NCBI GenBank assembly: GCA_964234715.1
Contig: OZ174279.1
Strand: one strand, 5' to 3'
Origin: Podarcis melisellensis
Lineage: Eukaryota
DNA length: 64,000 bases
A program made the position numbers and the translations under genes. The notes below the pieces were generated by a model that did not search any database, was not told the DNA's origin, and worked only from the letters and a program-made list of their open reading frames with translations. Shown piece after piece: positions 36,023 to 48,772 of the stretch. Positions within the stretch are counted from its first letter, which is position 1; every line of letters starts with the position of its first letter.

Positions 36023-36731
36023 GTCTACACTGGTTGGTAGTGACTTCTGGAAGCCTTCTGGAAGACAATCATATAAGCTTGTATTTGGGCCCTGAAGATC
36101 TATCTCAATTCATTTTTCAACTGTTTCCAGAGCCTTTAGTAATGGCTGTCATCTTTCCTCAAACTGTCCCTCACTGAGCAGCTGGGAAGAGACATAACGC
36201 CATTTGGAAAGAGATAAAAGAGGAACAAAAACACAGCTGCAAGCTCCGGTTCTCTCACACGGTGCCACAAAGATTCCGAACTGCAGTAAAGTTTAAAGCA
36301 TTTCCTGACTGCGCAGCTTCCAAAGCTTGATGCATTGCCCAAAGTGTGAATCCAAGAAGCAAAACTTAGTGTGTAAGGCCCATCTAAATTGGTCAAAGGG
36401 GTTTTCAGATGAATGTCATCACAGACTAACACTTTGCAGTTCAAAAATGACTATGCATGAATTATCTTGAGAGCACATCATTGTATGCAACACAGTGTGC
36501 TCTCCTCAGGCCTCTGACAGCTCTCTCTTATAGCTATCCATCAGCCTGATACTCTCCAAGCCCCTGGTGTGCAGCATATGCACCTGGGGCCAGAGGAACA
36601 GCAGGATGTTTGGTGCAGGAGAGGCCCAAACAAGAATAGCCGAGTACATCGCCTTGTACTTCAGTGAGCCCTGAGAGATCTCTGTAAACTCTATAGAGAA
36701 TTCCCTCCATGTAAACAAAACTGCAGACATG

Positions 36732-37330
36732 CATACCCTCCAACATTTCTCTGATGAAAATAGGGATGTCCTATTAATAACAACAACCACCACCCATCTG
36801 ATGGGTTGCCCCAACCACTCTGGGTGGCTCTGGGTGTAATACAGTGGTACCTCGCAAGATGAAATTAATTCGTTCCGCGAGTCTTTTCATCTTACGAGTC
36901 TTTTCATTTTGTGAAGCACAGTCAAGTCACAACTACACCTCTTCAAGCGGTTTTAAGAAAAAGGAAACAAACTCGCAATACGTTTTCGTCTTGCGAAGCA
37001 AGCCCATAGGGAAATTTGTCTTGCGAAGCAACTCAAAAAACGAAAAACTCTTTCGTCTTCCAAGTTTTTCGTCTTCCGAGGCATTCATCTTGCGAGGTAC
37101 CACTGTACAGGTCTGCCTTCAAAGGTCTTCTAAAGGTTGTGTAGTTACTTATCTGCTTGGCTCAGAGGTCACATAACTCCATACCTTCCAAAAATTTCCT
37201 GATGAAAATCGGGATGTCCTACCATACCCTCCAACATTTATCCAATGAGGGATGTCCTAAGGAAAACCAGGACGTTCCAAGATCAGATCAGAAACCAGAC
37301 CCTGGGAAATAGGGAGACTTGGAGGGTCTG
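36732..37330. mobile_element. Composite TIR element containing an L2 3' fragment and a nested mariner MITE
   Basis: TIR CATACCCTCCAA/TTGGAGGGTCTG. Direct repeat GACATG on both flanks. Internal reiterations of CATACCYTCCAA and GATGAAAATMGGGATGTCCTA. Confidence 0.7.
36842..37105. mobile_element. Tc1/mariner MITE
   Basis: 22-bp perfect TIR CAGTGGTACCTCGCAAGATGAA. TA TSD. Confidence 0.92.
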
Positions 37331-39234
37331 GACATGTAGAAGAAGGAGTAGTGTCTTGCACATGAATATCTCTTGTCAAAATATGTTTTTGTTCTCATGT
37401 TTTTGACACTAAAATTTAAAATAGCAAGATGAGGCCAAGGTCATGTGTGCTGCTGCTATGTAGAGTACTATGGGAGTCCAGCCACTTCATTTTACCACTA
37501 CGATTAGATCTACCCTGAAGTATACAAATAACTTAAAGCTGCTTTGCCACCTGCTGAATTAACTGAGTAATAGGCTCCTTAAGCATTAGGTGGGCAGGTC
37601 CCAGTGAGAACTCTAATTGAGCCTCCAGTCTCTGCCTACTCTAGAACATTAGCTCACACTTTTATAGTACCTTGATGAAGAGGATCAAGGCTATGTACAC
37701 ACCACACATGCGAAGCACATTCAAGGTACACCCCCCCAAAAAAAAATGGATCCAGGGAACTACAGTTCCCAGAATCCTCAGCAAACTAGCATGGTTTCCT
37801 GGATACTTTGCAGGGATGGTGTGCTTTAAATGTGTTTGAAATGTAGTAGTATGAGGTGAGGAGCAGTGACATGTGAGAGGAGGCAAAGCAGCCATCCCTA
37901 GCTGTCTGGTACTGCCACAAAATGCTCATTCTGCAATTCTGGACCATGCAGATATATCTACAACAAAATATAAATGTGGTAAATATATTAAATTAAAATA
38001 TGCCAGAATACGATCTTTTGAGGCTCATTTATTTGATATATGTTTATTAACTGGTTTTTTTTTTGAGCCTTCATTGTTCAAGCTAGCAGAATATGTGTAT
38101 TTTGAATTGCAAATCAGACCATCATAAGTCATAATCAAGAGTGGACCATTAAGTCCATTGATTTCAATGGATCTGCTCCAGCTATGGCTTAATCAGATGC
38201 AGCCCACTGTGAGGGAACTGTAGATGTAAACAAATGGCAAAGAAATTAGTTTCTCAGAAAAAGAAAAAGAAATACTGGATAGAATGCAATATTTAGTATG
38301 ACCCATTTTGAGGAAACAAACACATAAAACACCAGAATCACTAGCCAGCTTCTAATGTAACAACAGCACAAAACTAAAAATGTAAACAATATATGCAGTA
38401 TATACAAATTATTTCCAAATTAAGTTGCTGGCATAGAAATAAGGTATTTATTTATTTATTTGTAAAACTTGAGTTAATTTGTTCAATTTTATTGATATTT
38501 CCCAACATGAGGTTAGGATTTATTTATTTATTTGCAATTTTTCCATGGTTACAATATGGAACAATATGGAACACTGTACAATACACATAAGCTGAATTTA
38601 ACCTTCTCTAAGCTAACTGGCAATGTTGCTCTTCAGACTCTATTCATCTTAAATATACAGTAACATTTATCAGTATGGGGTGTGTGTGCAAAGGGGACTG
38701 CAGAATAGGAGAGAGAAGGATGCATGGAAATGGGGGTGATCTGAGTGCAAGAGAGAGTTGAAAAAAGGAGAGAGGATGAAGGGGGTAACTGTGAGAACTG
38801 TGTGCAAAGGGGGCTGCAGCGCACAATAGGAGAGAGGATAAGGCATTGAACAAGGGTGATCTTTTGTGCAGGAAAGAGCTTAGGAAAAAATTGCCTCAAC
38901 TGTTTAAAATTCTAGTTCCATTTTCTATCATCTGGGGGTGATAAAGTTGGAGGCTGGATCTTCAATCAGCCTCTCAGCATGATGTTGCAGTATGTAAAGT
39001 ATAACCCTAGGAGGAAAATGACCATATACACTATAAGCAGCAACAGACACTTTCGCTGAAGCAAAAGTGGAAAATGCAGCTTCTTCCTAGCAAAGAAAAG
39101 ATGGTGTTTTGTGGATGATAAAAAAATACCCCAACTAAATAAACAACTTGAAATTATAAATACATCTAGAACTCTAGATAATAACATTACAGCTATTTGG
39201 TGGAAGACAGTTATCCTTTAATACGTCATATGTT

Positions 39235-39638
39235 AGTGAGAGCTGGACCATAAAGAAGGCTGATCGCTAAAGAATTGATGCTTTTGAATTATGGTGCTGG
39301 AGGAGACTCTTGAGAGACTGCAAGATCAAACCTATCCATTCTGAAGGAAATCAGCCCTGAGTGCTCACTGGAAGGACAGATCCTGAAGCTGAGGCTCCAA
39401 TACTTTGGCCACCTCATGAGAAGAGAAGACTCCCTGGAAAAGACCCTGATGTTGGGAAAGATGGAGGGCACAAGGAGAAGGGGACAACAGAGGATGAGAT
39501 GGTTGGATAGTGTTCTCGAGGCTACCTGCATGAGTTTGTCCAAACTGTGGGAGGCAGTGGAAGACAGAAGTGCCTGGCGTGCTCTGGTCCATGGAGTCAT
39601 GAAGAGTCGGACACGACTAAATGACTAAACAACAACAG
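39235..39638 (+). mobile_element. RTE-BovB LINE 3' fragment
   Basis: Same family as the 23771 copy. 10-bp TSD GTCATATGTT. (CAA)n tail. Confidence 0.95.
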
Positions 39639-39642
39639 GTCA

Positions 39643-40200
39643 TATGTTGGGCTGCCTTTGAAGGCTGTTTAGAAACTGCAGCTGGTGCAGAATTCGGCAG
39701 TCAGATTGTTGATCGGGGTCAGATGATCAGAACCTATAACGCCAATTATGGCATGACTGCACTGGCTACCAGTTAGTTTCCAGGCTCAGGTCAAAGAGTT
39801 GGATTTGGCCTATAATGCCTTAAGCTGCTCAGGAACCCTGTACCTCAAGGACCACCTCTCTCCACATGAACCAGCCTGGATCCTGTGTTCTTCATCTGAG
39901 GCCCTTCTTCATCCACCCACTCCATGAGAGGTTTGGAGGGTGATGGATGGGAACAGGCCTTTTCATTGGTGCTCCCTAGCACAGCTTGTAGAATGTTCTC
40001 ACCAAGGAGGCATGCCTAGAACCATTTTTAACCTGTTATAGGTACCAGACAAAAACTTTAGTTTCCCCCCAGGATTTTGGCCTTCTTCTGAAAGATATTG
40101 TGGCCTATTTTAAAGGAGTGAGATTTATAGTCCTGCTTTTTGATTAGCTGTGTGTCTCCTATTTGAATTGTTGTGTTTTTAGGTTTTTAGTTTATTTGCA
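39643..40200 (+). mobile_element. Degenerate L2 3' region
   Basis: Reads YVGLPLK..KLQLVQN.A.RLL, LHWLPV and YLKD.L, homologous to ORF 51327-52328. Confidence 0.8.
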
Positions 40201-41730
40201 CACACAAAACCCCTTTTGGCATCAAAGTGCAGAATGGCAACGAAAAACTAAAAGCAATAATACACTGTCATTTTTAATGACAAATTGCAAAGTCTTTGGG
40301 GAGGGGATTTTCTTGGGAGGGGGAATATTAAAGACAGAGCTATATAGCTACCATAACATGTAGTGTGGCCATGATTTTCTAGGCTCATCTAGATTTTTCT
40401 AGTTCATCTGTCTCTAAACTTTTTATAGCAATGTAAAGTTAGCCAGCAGGGTCTGGAAAACATACTGCATGTTATGGAGCTTTAACGATTCTAAAATTAA
40501 AATGTGATTTTCAGAAAACTGTTTATAACAGAGGTGACTAATTTGGGACCCATGGGCTATATATGGCCGCCAGAAGGTTTTTTGTGATCCTTAAAAATAT
40601 ATATCCAAAAATGTGTGTTTTTTAAAAAAAATACTCGTATACCATGACACACATATCTTGAAAAAATAGCTTGTTTTCAGTAGACAAGTGAGATGTTCAC
40701 ACATTTCCACATTGTCATCTGTGGTGGACGTTGACGTCTCAAATTTCAGTGGTGGCCTGTGTGATGATCAAAACTGGCACCCCATGCCTCACCTCTCGCC
40801 TACCATTTGATGTCACAATTGTGACACCCCCTGTGGAATTCCAGAAGCTCTGCACCCACCTCACCAATCATGCTGCCCTTGATCTGCCTTATCTGTTATG
40901 TCTGCTTTGGCCTCTACTGTTTTTGGAAAGAGAACATTAGTATGTTTTATACAAAATCACATTTCATATATTGTTCTTTTAGAACATATTACTTAGCATC
41001 TGGAACTGCATATCTCTAAGAATGTGTCTCTAACTCCTAGTCTAGACAAAATCCTAGAAATCTTTTCATAGGCCAAATGCTTTGGATCAAAATCCAAAGG
41101 ATGTCAAATGTTTTTTCTTTTTCCCTCCCTCTGCCCTTTTTCTGGTTTAATATTCCTTTCTGGTTTAATATCTGACAGGCCTTTTTGAAAGAGATTAATT
41201 TTCTATAGCTCACTTAGGAGATACCGTGGCCAAAACAAGTTTTCTGCTTCCAGGAACTGTTAATAGTACTGAATATATTGTTCATTGCGGGGAATCAGTG
41301 TACTGAAACCCACTGATTGCTACATATAGAAATTTGGAACAGAAAATACGGCTTGCTCGTTTGAGAAAACTTGGCAAGTTTTTGTATGCTTCTTTTCTTC
41401 TGATTTGTGTAAATTGACTTGGGGAAGTTCTGATTTGATTACTAGACCATCCTTACGATAATGTGCCTTAGGTGGGCCTGTGTTGCTGGAAGCTGGCACG
41501 GCCTATCCTTGAAAAGCACAGCAAGAAGGAACTTAATGAAAAGCATCTGAGAAGGCTGCCAATTGTGATGCATTCATCTGACGGGACAGTCAGAGATCTC
41601 TAAATCAGTCTGCTTCTACTGTTCATCTGAGGGGGAGCCACATCAATAATCAACATGCAAAACAAATCAAGGATAACAAGCGAAGCTGAGGCAGGGCTGC
41701 AACAGCATATGCCTCTAAAAGAGTAACACT

Positions 41731-42229
41731 AATCATGGGCTTAAAGATATGCAACTCAAGATGGCCAGAGCTGCCTCTACTGTTACAGCAACATGATTTC
41801 CCACCACCTGAGATGCCACCATGGTTATGGCTTCGCACTGAGTAGGGTTCACTGTTTCTGGCATAAGGCCGCTTCCCGTTTCATTTTCAGGCAATATTAG
41901 ATGCCCTAGACCAGACCATTGTCCAGAACCCAGAAAATAGATGTCTTTAGCTATCTTCATCAGCCTGCAAGTCACAGAATTCATTGCCCCACTCAGGTCA
42001 ACCAGGGCACCATGAGCAGCAAGGGCTTCAGATTTGTTTGGAGCAGTAATGAAGGGCAAGCTTGTTAGCACAGCCACCTTAGCAGCCATCTTCTCAGGAA
42101 AACCAATTCTTGTATTCATCTGCATACAAATGGAAGTGCCAACAGCACTGATAAGATTCTAGTGATTCCATGTCTGACTTGCTGCACCTAAGCACTAAAT
42201 TCCTGCCCAAGGGGGAAGGGAACTGCATC
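41731..42229 (-). pseudogene. FH: Processed (intronless) fumarate hydratase pseudogene fragment
   Basis: Translation [24 protein letters not shown]...AVGT...[46 protein letters not shown]...[74 protein letters not shown] matches vertebrate FH. It has a stop, indels and no introns. Confidence 0.95.
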
Positions 42230-42424
42230 CCTTAAAACAGAATTTAAGATTGGGAAAATGTGAAACTGGGGGAACCAAAATTGACAGATTTGTCCATCCC
42301 TAGTTACAACAAAATCAATAAAGGATATTTTGGCACCTTAAAGACCAACTATTTTAAATGATACAAGATTTTGTAGGCTTGAATCTATCCGGTGTCAAGA
42401 AATCTCATCCGTGAAAGCTTATGC

Positions 42425-42527
42425 CAGCAGTAGACTATAATTCCCATCAGCCTCAGTCACTATGGTCAATGTTGGGGATGGTGGGAGTCCCAAAAATATC
42501 TGGAGGGCATCACATTGACTACCTCTG
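42425..42527. mobile_element. hAT-type MITE inserted in a PLE remnant
   Basis: GACTATAATTCCCATCA family. 8-bp TSD GCTTATGC. Confidence 0.8.
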
Positions 42528-44769
42528 GCTTATGCCACAATAATAAAAAAATATATATTTAATGTGCCACATAACTCAAAATGGAAGGTGTTGCAATATT
42601 TCACTAATGAACAAAAGTTGCAGGAAAATTTTCTGAGAAGTGAGAATTCTAGCATTATGTTGTAATACTGGTGTAACTATGAAGAATGGTTTGTGCAGCA
42701 CTTATCTGAACCAATACAAAAGGGCAAAAGTATTCTGTAAACACACCACCACATGATACATTCCTGGAAGACAAGAAGAAAGCAGGAATCAAAAGGACAG
42801 CTGCAGCAGGGTGAAGATCAATAGCAAAAAAAAATTTGTTTGCTTCTCAGTTTCTGTGGAATATGCTTTTTCAGATCTTCATACTGTACTTCCCATTATA
42901 TTTTACCTCTTTCTCTCTCTGATGCCATTTGTGTGGCTGCAACCAACTGATTTTGTTGTTGTTGTTAGAAACACCAGTCTCCCAAGGCTATATTAACATT
43001 TTATGAAGTTTTGCATTCCTGTGGGAGTAAAATGGTTCCACAGCTCACCTTTAAAACAGAAGTCTGAAAAATAGTAACTTATAAATAGAAGTTTTGGCCA
43101 ACCGTGCTGTGTCTTCAATCAAGGTGTTTCATGAAAATATTTTCTATTCAAGCTGCTTGATGTTGACATCTATATTGTGATTTGTTAAGTTACAGTACCT
43201 TGTGAGGTCTGAACCAAGAAACTGTAGTTTGTGCACTACTTGAAAACTAGGTTATCAGGATCTGATCCTGGAAGATCCAGGCTTGATCCCAGTTACTTCC
43301 CAGAGAGTCAGAGGCTGCTGCTCATGGTAGGTCTTATATTACTGGTCACCCATTCTTTCAGAATAATCTGTCAAAGGCCACATGCCACTTGTATAGGATG
43401 AGAGCCCAAAGTGGGCAGTTTGCAGGATTGCATAGCAAACTTGCTCACTGACACCCCATATCTCTCCTCCTTTCTCTGCTCCCCTTTCCTCTCTCCATCC
43501 AGTTTACATTCTCATACTGCCTTTCCCTCCTCCGTTAACACAGATTACAAGTGACTGCTTGCAGTTGGCTTTCCTTCCATTGTTTCATCCATTTCCATTT
43601 CCCCCTCTCTACCGTCCCCCCTCTCCATCCCAGGCTTCCCCAACCCTCCAGTTTCCTGCCAAGTTTTTTTCACCCAGCCTTATTGTGTAGCAACTATATC
43701 TTCTCTACCTCTCTACCCCTATCTCTCACATTCACAAAACAGGAGAAGAAATGACCCCAAGGAGGTGAACTGGGCAGCTAGAGTGAACCTGCAGTGTCCC
43801 AGAGAACTGCATTAAATTAGACTGGGGGCAACAGGTTCCCGAGCACTGCACTAGGGCATGCATGTAATGGATCAGTTTTAGGACTTACTCGTGTGACCTT
43901 GACCATTTATGCTGAAAGTTATTATGTGTTCTATGTTCTTGAGCAGACTTCTTGAATCCAATAGATCTTGGTTAATCAAGTCACATGAATATTGTCATGC
44001 AACCAGACAGGTTTCTTAAGGTCCTTGGAGATTATGGCAAAGAATGTGCTGCCAGTTGACCCATCAAAGATCCTATACAGAAGAAGCTTGTCCCTTCCAA
44101 ACATTATTTCTCTGCAAAGTTGTTTCCAAGCTGAACAAGTGTTGTAAGTCTGCAAATGAAAAAAGCTGATTATTTGGGGTTGCATTTCCCACCATGCTCG
44201 GGATGAAAGTGTAATTCAGATTATTCGCAGCTGGACAGCTGGAAATAAGTGCCCCTTCTACCAGCATCTTTTCCTTTGCTAATGCCTACAAGATGATGAT
44301 ACGTTTATATGTTTGAAAGGTAGACTTCTTTGATAAAAAGTATGTTCCACTGAAATTTATAGCTTTCACATGCAGACCAGATGAACTAGAAATAGCAATC
44401 TGGCAAATATGATCTCTCTCAAAATAATGCTTGACTCATTCTGTGATTGTTATTTCAAGTTTCAAACCCCAAATATTTATAAATTTGTTTTTATTGTGCT
44501 TCTTGCCATATTGGTACGCTAACCTGTGTACAGCACATTGTCAAAACAGCAAAAGATGCGACTTTGAAATTCCACACCTCTAAAATAGACACCTTTTTAA
44601 ACTAGGTGTTTTGGGACTACAATTCCCATCATCCCTGACCACTGGTCCTGTTAGCTAGGGATGATGGGAGTTGTAGTCCCCAAACAGCTGGAGGGCCAAG
44701 TTTGGCCATCACTGAGGTAAAGGCATGACTTTACTGCAATATATTTTATTTCTCCTATCAATGGGGAGT

Positions 44770-44900
44770 CTGGTCCAATCACGTGTGAATGAGTGTGAGA
44801 GAGCAAGCGTTCATCTCATTGTCAGAATCTGACAGGAAGAGATGGTGAGTGGGAGACCACGCTCCAAATTTACACTCGGAGAAAGGAGTTCGGAAGCCGG
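44770..44900 (+). promoter_or_regulatory. Candidate promoter / first exon
   Basis: CCAAT abutting E-box CACGTG (44775-44785), ATG|GTGAGT splice donor (44842-44850), ETS-like CGGAAG (44891). More CpGs than the flanks by eye. Confidence 0.3.
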
Positions 44901-45374
44901 AGAAAACCACTTCTGCTAAAATGACTTTTATTATAAAGGAGGAACAGAATAACTTTTCTCCAGCATAAAATGCCCTTGCAATACCAAATCCTGTCTTGTG
45001 CAATAAACTAATACTGCAGTCATTTCCCCCAGTCCAGTTCCTTAGGATGTCATGATGTTCCCTGGCTGTTCCTGTGAATGTTATGTTGCTCCTTGGCATC
45101 GCTGCTAGCCAAATCCCAATTCACCTTACAGCTCTTCTCTCTCCCGTCATTATTTTTCCTCCCTGCCTCTATCTACCACAGTCACACCTGGAACTTGGCT
45201 GCAGGGTCCCCTCACTGAACGTGCTTCACAAACTCACAGCAACACTTTCTTCTTCCTTCCTAGCCCACCCTTCCTGCTCTTCTCTTCTCTTCCCCCTTCC
45301 CCTGCCTAACTGCCCCATTGTCACTTTCCCAACATTCCGATTCCCTTGGCAACAGTTGCCATGACTGCCCAGAA

Positions 45375-45503
45375 NNNNNNNNNNNNNNNNNNNNNNNNNN
45401 NNNNNNNNNNNNNNNNNNNNNNNNNNNNNNNNNNNNNNNNNNNNNNNNNNNNNNNNNNNNNNNNNNNNNNNNNNNNNNNNNNNNNNNNNNNNNNNNNNNN
45501 NNN
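45375..45503. other. Assembly gap (129 N)
   Basis: Run of N. Confidence 1.
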
Positions 45504-48500
45504 TTTTCCCCAGGCGACTGACTAGCCTTATGAAATATACGAAAACCAAAACAGAAATATTAAATGAGCTCATTTGAAATTATGACTATACCTATGTCAT
45601 CTGTCCCAGGGCATTTCCAGGTTTCATATTGCAAATGGGTTGTTCAAATGTCGTCACAACAGCAGCTAGAGGGGTGTGGTGTTAGCGTTGAATTATCTGC
45701 AGGAAGAGTAAATCCAGATTAAATGGGGGAAATCCAGGCTGGCGTTTTGATGGCAATGATGTCATGTGAAGCCTACAAAAAATAATAATAATGCATGAAG
45801 TGTGCCTATCCCACAAGAAACACCCACCTGGAAGCACCCGGAAATACATTTAAAAAGTGTGGCTTAACAAAAGTTTCCCAGGTTCTTTAACCGAGCAATT
45901 TCTGAGTTCAACCAGAGAGAGCTATTGATTAACACTCATGTTCTGCAACTGTTTGTGAGCCTGTTTTTGTAAGCCTGACAGTTTGTTATCTGGATGTGTT
46001 TTGCTCATTAGCCTTAGGTCAGTGTGAAGGATCTTTCCAAGATAACACAATGTACTTTGAAACCTAAAAAATAGTAAGGGCAGGTTTTATCTCTGGACTC
46101 TTTGAAGAAAATTAGGAGAAAAGTATCATGAACAAAATGCGCATAAGCAGAAATCAGGATTTGGCAATCTCTTTTAGAGGTGATGGGTTTTTTTTCCACT
46201 TCTGTAAGTTGCAGACCATAAGTAAATTATGAATTTTGTTCCTTGGGCACATTCTAAACACGGCAGCATTAGCAGTAGCGCAGTCCCTTGGGGAAGCAAA
46301 CAGAACAAGGTTAACTTTCTTGCTTAGATGCTTTGAAGACAAAACTGCTTGTGTCGGCTGTTGCCCATGAAATCTCATGCTAAATTAAAACCAATTTGTC
46401 ACAAAGATGCTGTAGTCGGCTATAGCACTCTGAAATCCCAAATACACAGGGCTGATATTTCCTTGCGATTTTGGTCAGCTCCTTGAAGATCTTTCGCTTC
46501 CTCTCAAATTATCCTGTCAATGCTATGGAACGGTTCACAGGCCAGGAAGGTCCCCGAAGATTGTTTAACGCAACCTCTTCCCTCAGGCAGATTCCTCCAA
46601 ACATTCTTGGACGTTCCCATTCCACCTCATGATGAGCGTGGTGTATTATAAGGCGAAAGCTAGAAAGGTTCCCTAAGGCAGGGAGGCCTGCTTGATTCAA
46701 GGGACACATTATTCAAGTACAAAAGTGCTTGACTAGAACATCACAACTACTATTCCATTCTAAGGCAGTTTTTGTACACCTGTTTTTTTTGGGGGGGGGG
46801 TTGTGCAGCATGAGGACAGTCCACTGTGGCTCCCTTTTGAGAATCTATAAAACAACCATCTTGCCTGGGTGATCAAATAATCTTTTCATTGGCGCCAAAC
46901 TTGTGTTAGGGATTCTCTGAGTCTGACAGCTTAGCCTCACTGAGAGGAAATTACTCGAACCATTAAACGAATTCGCCAAAGGATGAGTGCAAAAGAAATA
47001 TCTTTCACAGGACTGAATGGAATCATTTTTTTAAAAAACATTGCCATCTGTATCACCCGAACTTTCCACAGCAAACCAAAACTGTTCCGCACGTAATTAT
47101 CTTGGTCTTAGGTAGGTGAGAATGGAGGTGGGAAAGAGGAACAAGGCAACAGAATGGCACATTGTGCTGTCACACACATGATTTTTGCTCCCTGGTAATC
47201 GACATGGCAGCAGGTGACAGCAACTTATGGCAGGCAATTAAAGTGTGGCTGCAGAATGTCAAAACTGGATACCTAGCTTGCAGCAGTTATCACTGCCCCA
47301 GATTTGATCTCCAGTCTCTGAACTTCAAGAAAATAGTTTCCTTAAGTCCTAAGAAAAGTGCTGCGTTTTTCCTTTAAATTCTAGCTTTGGAAGTGTGCTT
47401 ACTATTCATTTATTCCTAGGGTCCAGGAGAATTTTTAACCATCCTGTCTATTCCCCTACTGCACTCCTATATTCAGTGTCGGTGATATCATTCAGTGTAA
47501 GTAGGAACAAGCAAAGCATACCATGCCCCAAACAAGTTTCATTTAAAATAAAATAAAATAAAAATTGCTCCATAGATGAAACCAGGCCACATGTGCCCAA
47601 AGTTTAAACAAGCAAAAAGGGATATCAGTCATTCTAACCTGGGAACGTGGAAGTCCTCAAATATGGAGAAATTGCTGAGATGCTTCCAAGTACCATCTCC
47701 AGTGGTAGGGGTTTTGTGATCTTTGCTTAGTAGTTTCCCACACACAGTCAGCTGTGATCCCACCTACTGCCTGAATGTGGCCTTAAACGGGGGGGGGGGG
47801 GAGAGAGAGTTTCCCACTACTAATCTATTGGCTGCAGGAGCTGTAAACTCGTTGCACCTCTTCCACTCTGAATTAATTGTAGAAAAGATCAAGCATGTTC
47901 GCATTAGTATTATTCTAAAATTCAAAAGCTCTTCAGAGAAGAGCAAAAACACGTGATCATTCATGCTCCAAAGAATATGGAAATAGCAAGTAAAGACCTT
48001 AACTTTAATGTCATTTGAGCTGTAAACATCTTCTACAATTAGCCACATGCTTCTTCTAGCTTACAACTTTAACTCCATGGACCTATATTTTGCCTTTTTC
48101 TTTTAAGAGTCAGTTCTAGTATGTTGCAATTTAGGTCTGAAGCTGAGGTCAGGGGTAAATATCACAACTAAAAGAGAGAGGGGAAATAAACTCTCCTCAG
48201 CCCTTTCAAAAGCTTAAGCAAGTTGAATTGTTTTCACCTGTAGCAACAGGAAGGTAAGGAACCAAATGAATTCTGCTGGGAAATCAAAATCTGGGGGCCA
48301 CCACAGAAAAGACTCTGTTCCTGATTCTGCTGACCTTTCTTCAGATAGTGGCATCTCTTGGAGCAAGCCTCTCCTAAAGAAATCAGCATTATGGTTAGGT
48401 TTACATGGGACAAGGAGACCACATGCGGCTAAGGTTGTTTAAGGCTTCAAAGATCAGTGTCAGGGATTGAATTGCACTCAGAAACCAACATGAAGACATC

Positions 48501-48654
48501 AATATCATTCATCACCAAAGGTATATACTCAAAATTTGGGGTTCCTATTAAAAGCCTGTTTGCTGCTCGGGGAGGGGGGCTGCTGTTTTTATATGTTTTT
48601 CAAGGGCAGTCCTGTGTAAAGTGCATGTTATTAGAAAAAGGATTTTCTTGCTGG

Positions 48655-48772
48655 TCAGGTAGGGCTGGGGGTAACCCTGATCTGAAATCCTGGAGAGCTG
48701 CTGGAGTGTATAAAATACTGAGCTTGATGGATCAATGGTCTGACTTGGTGGAAGGCAGATTCCCATGTTTCT
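48655..48772 (+). mobile_element. Squam3-like SINE 3' fragment; another copy at ~60820-60985 (minus)
   Basis: AATACTGAGCTTGATGGATCAATGGTCTGAC...AAGGCAGATTCCCATGTT. Confidence 0.65.

Noticed and set aside
41155-41185. U2 snRNA-like GTTTAATATCTGA
   Set aside because: Only ~13 nt match and the flanks do not follow U2. It is part of a local short duplication.
41640-41730. Extension of FH homology beyond FKPMI
   Set aside because: Only faint similarity (LL..AS.S). Not supportable without an alignment, and no poly-A or TSD was seen.
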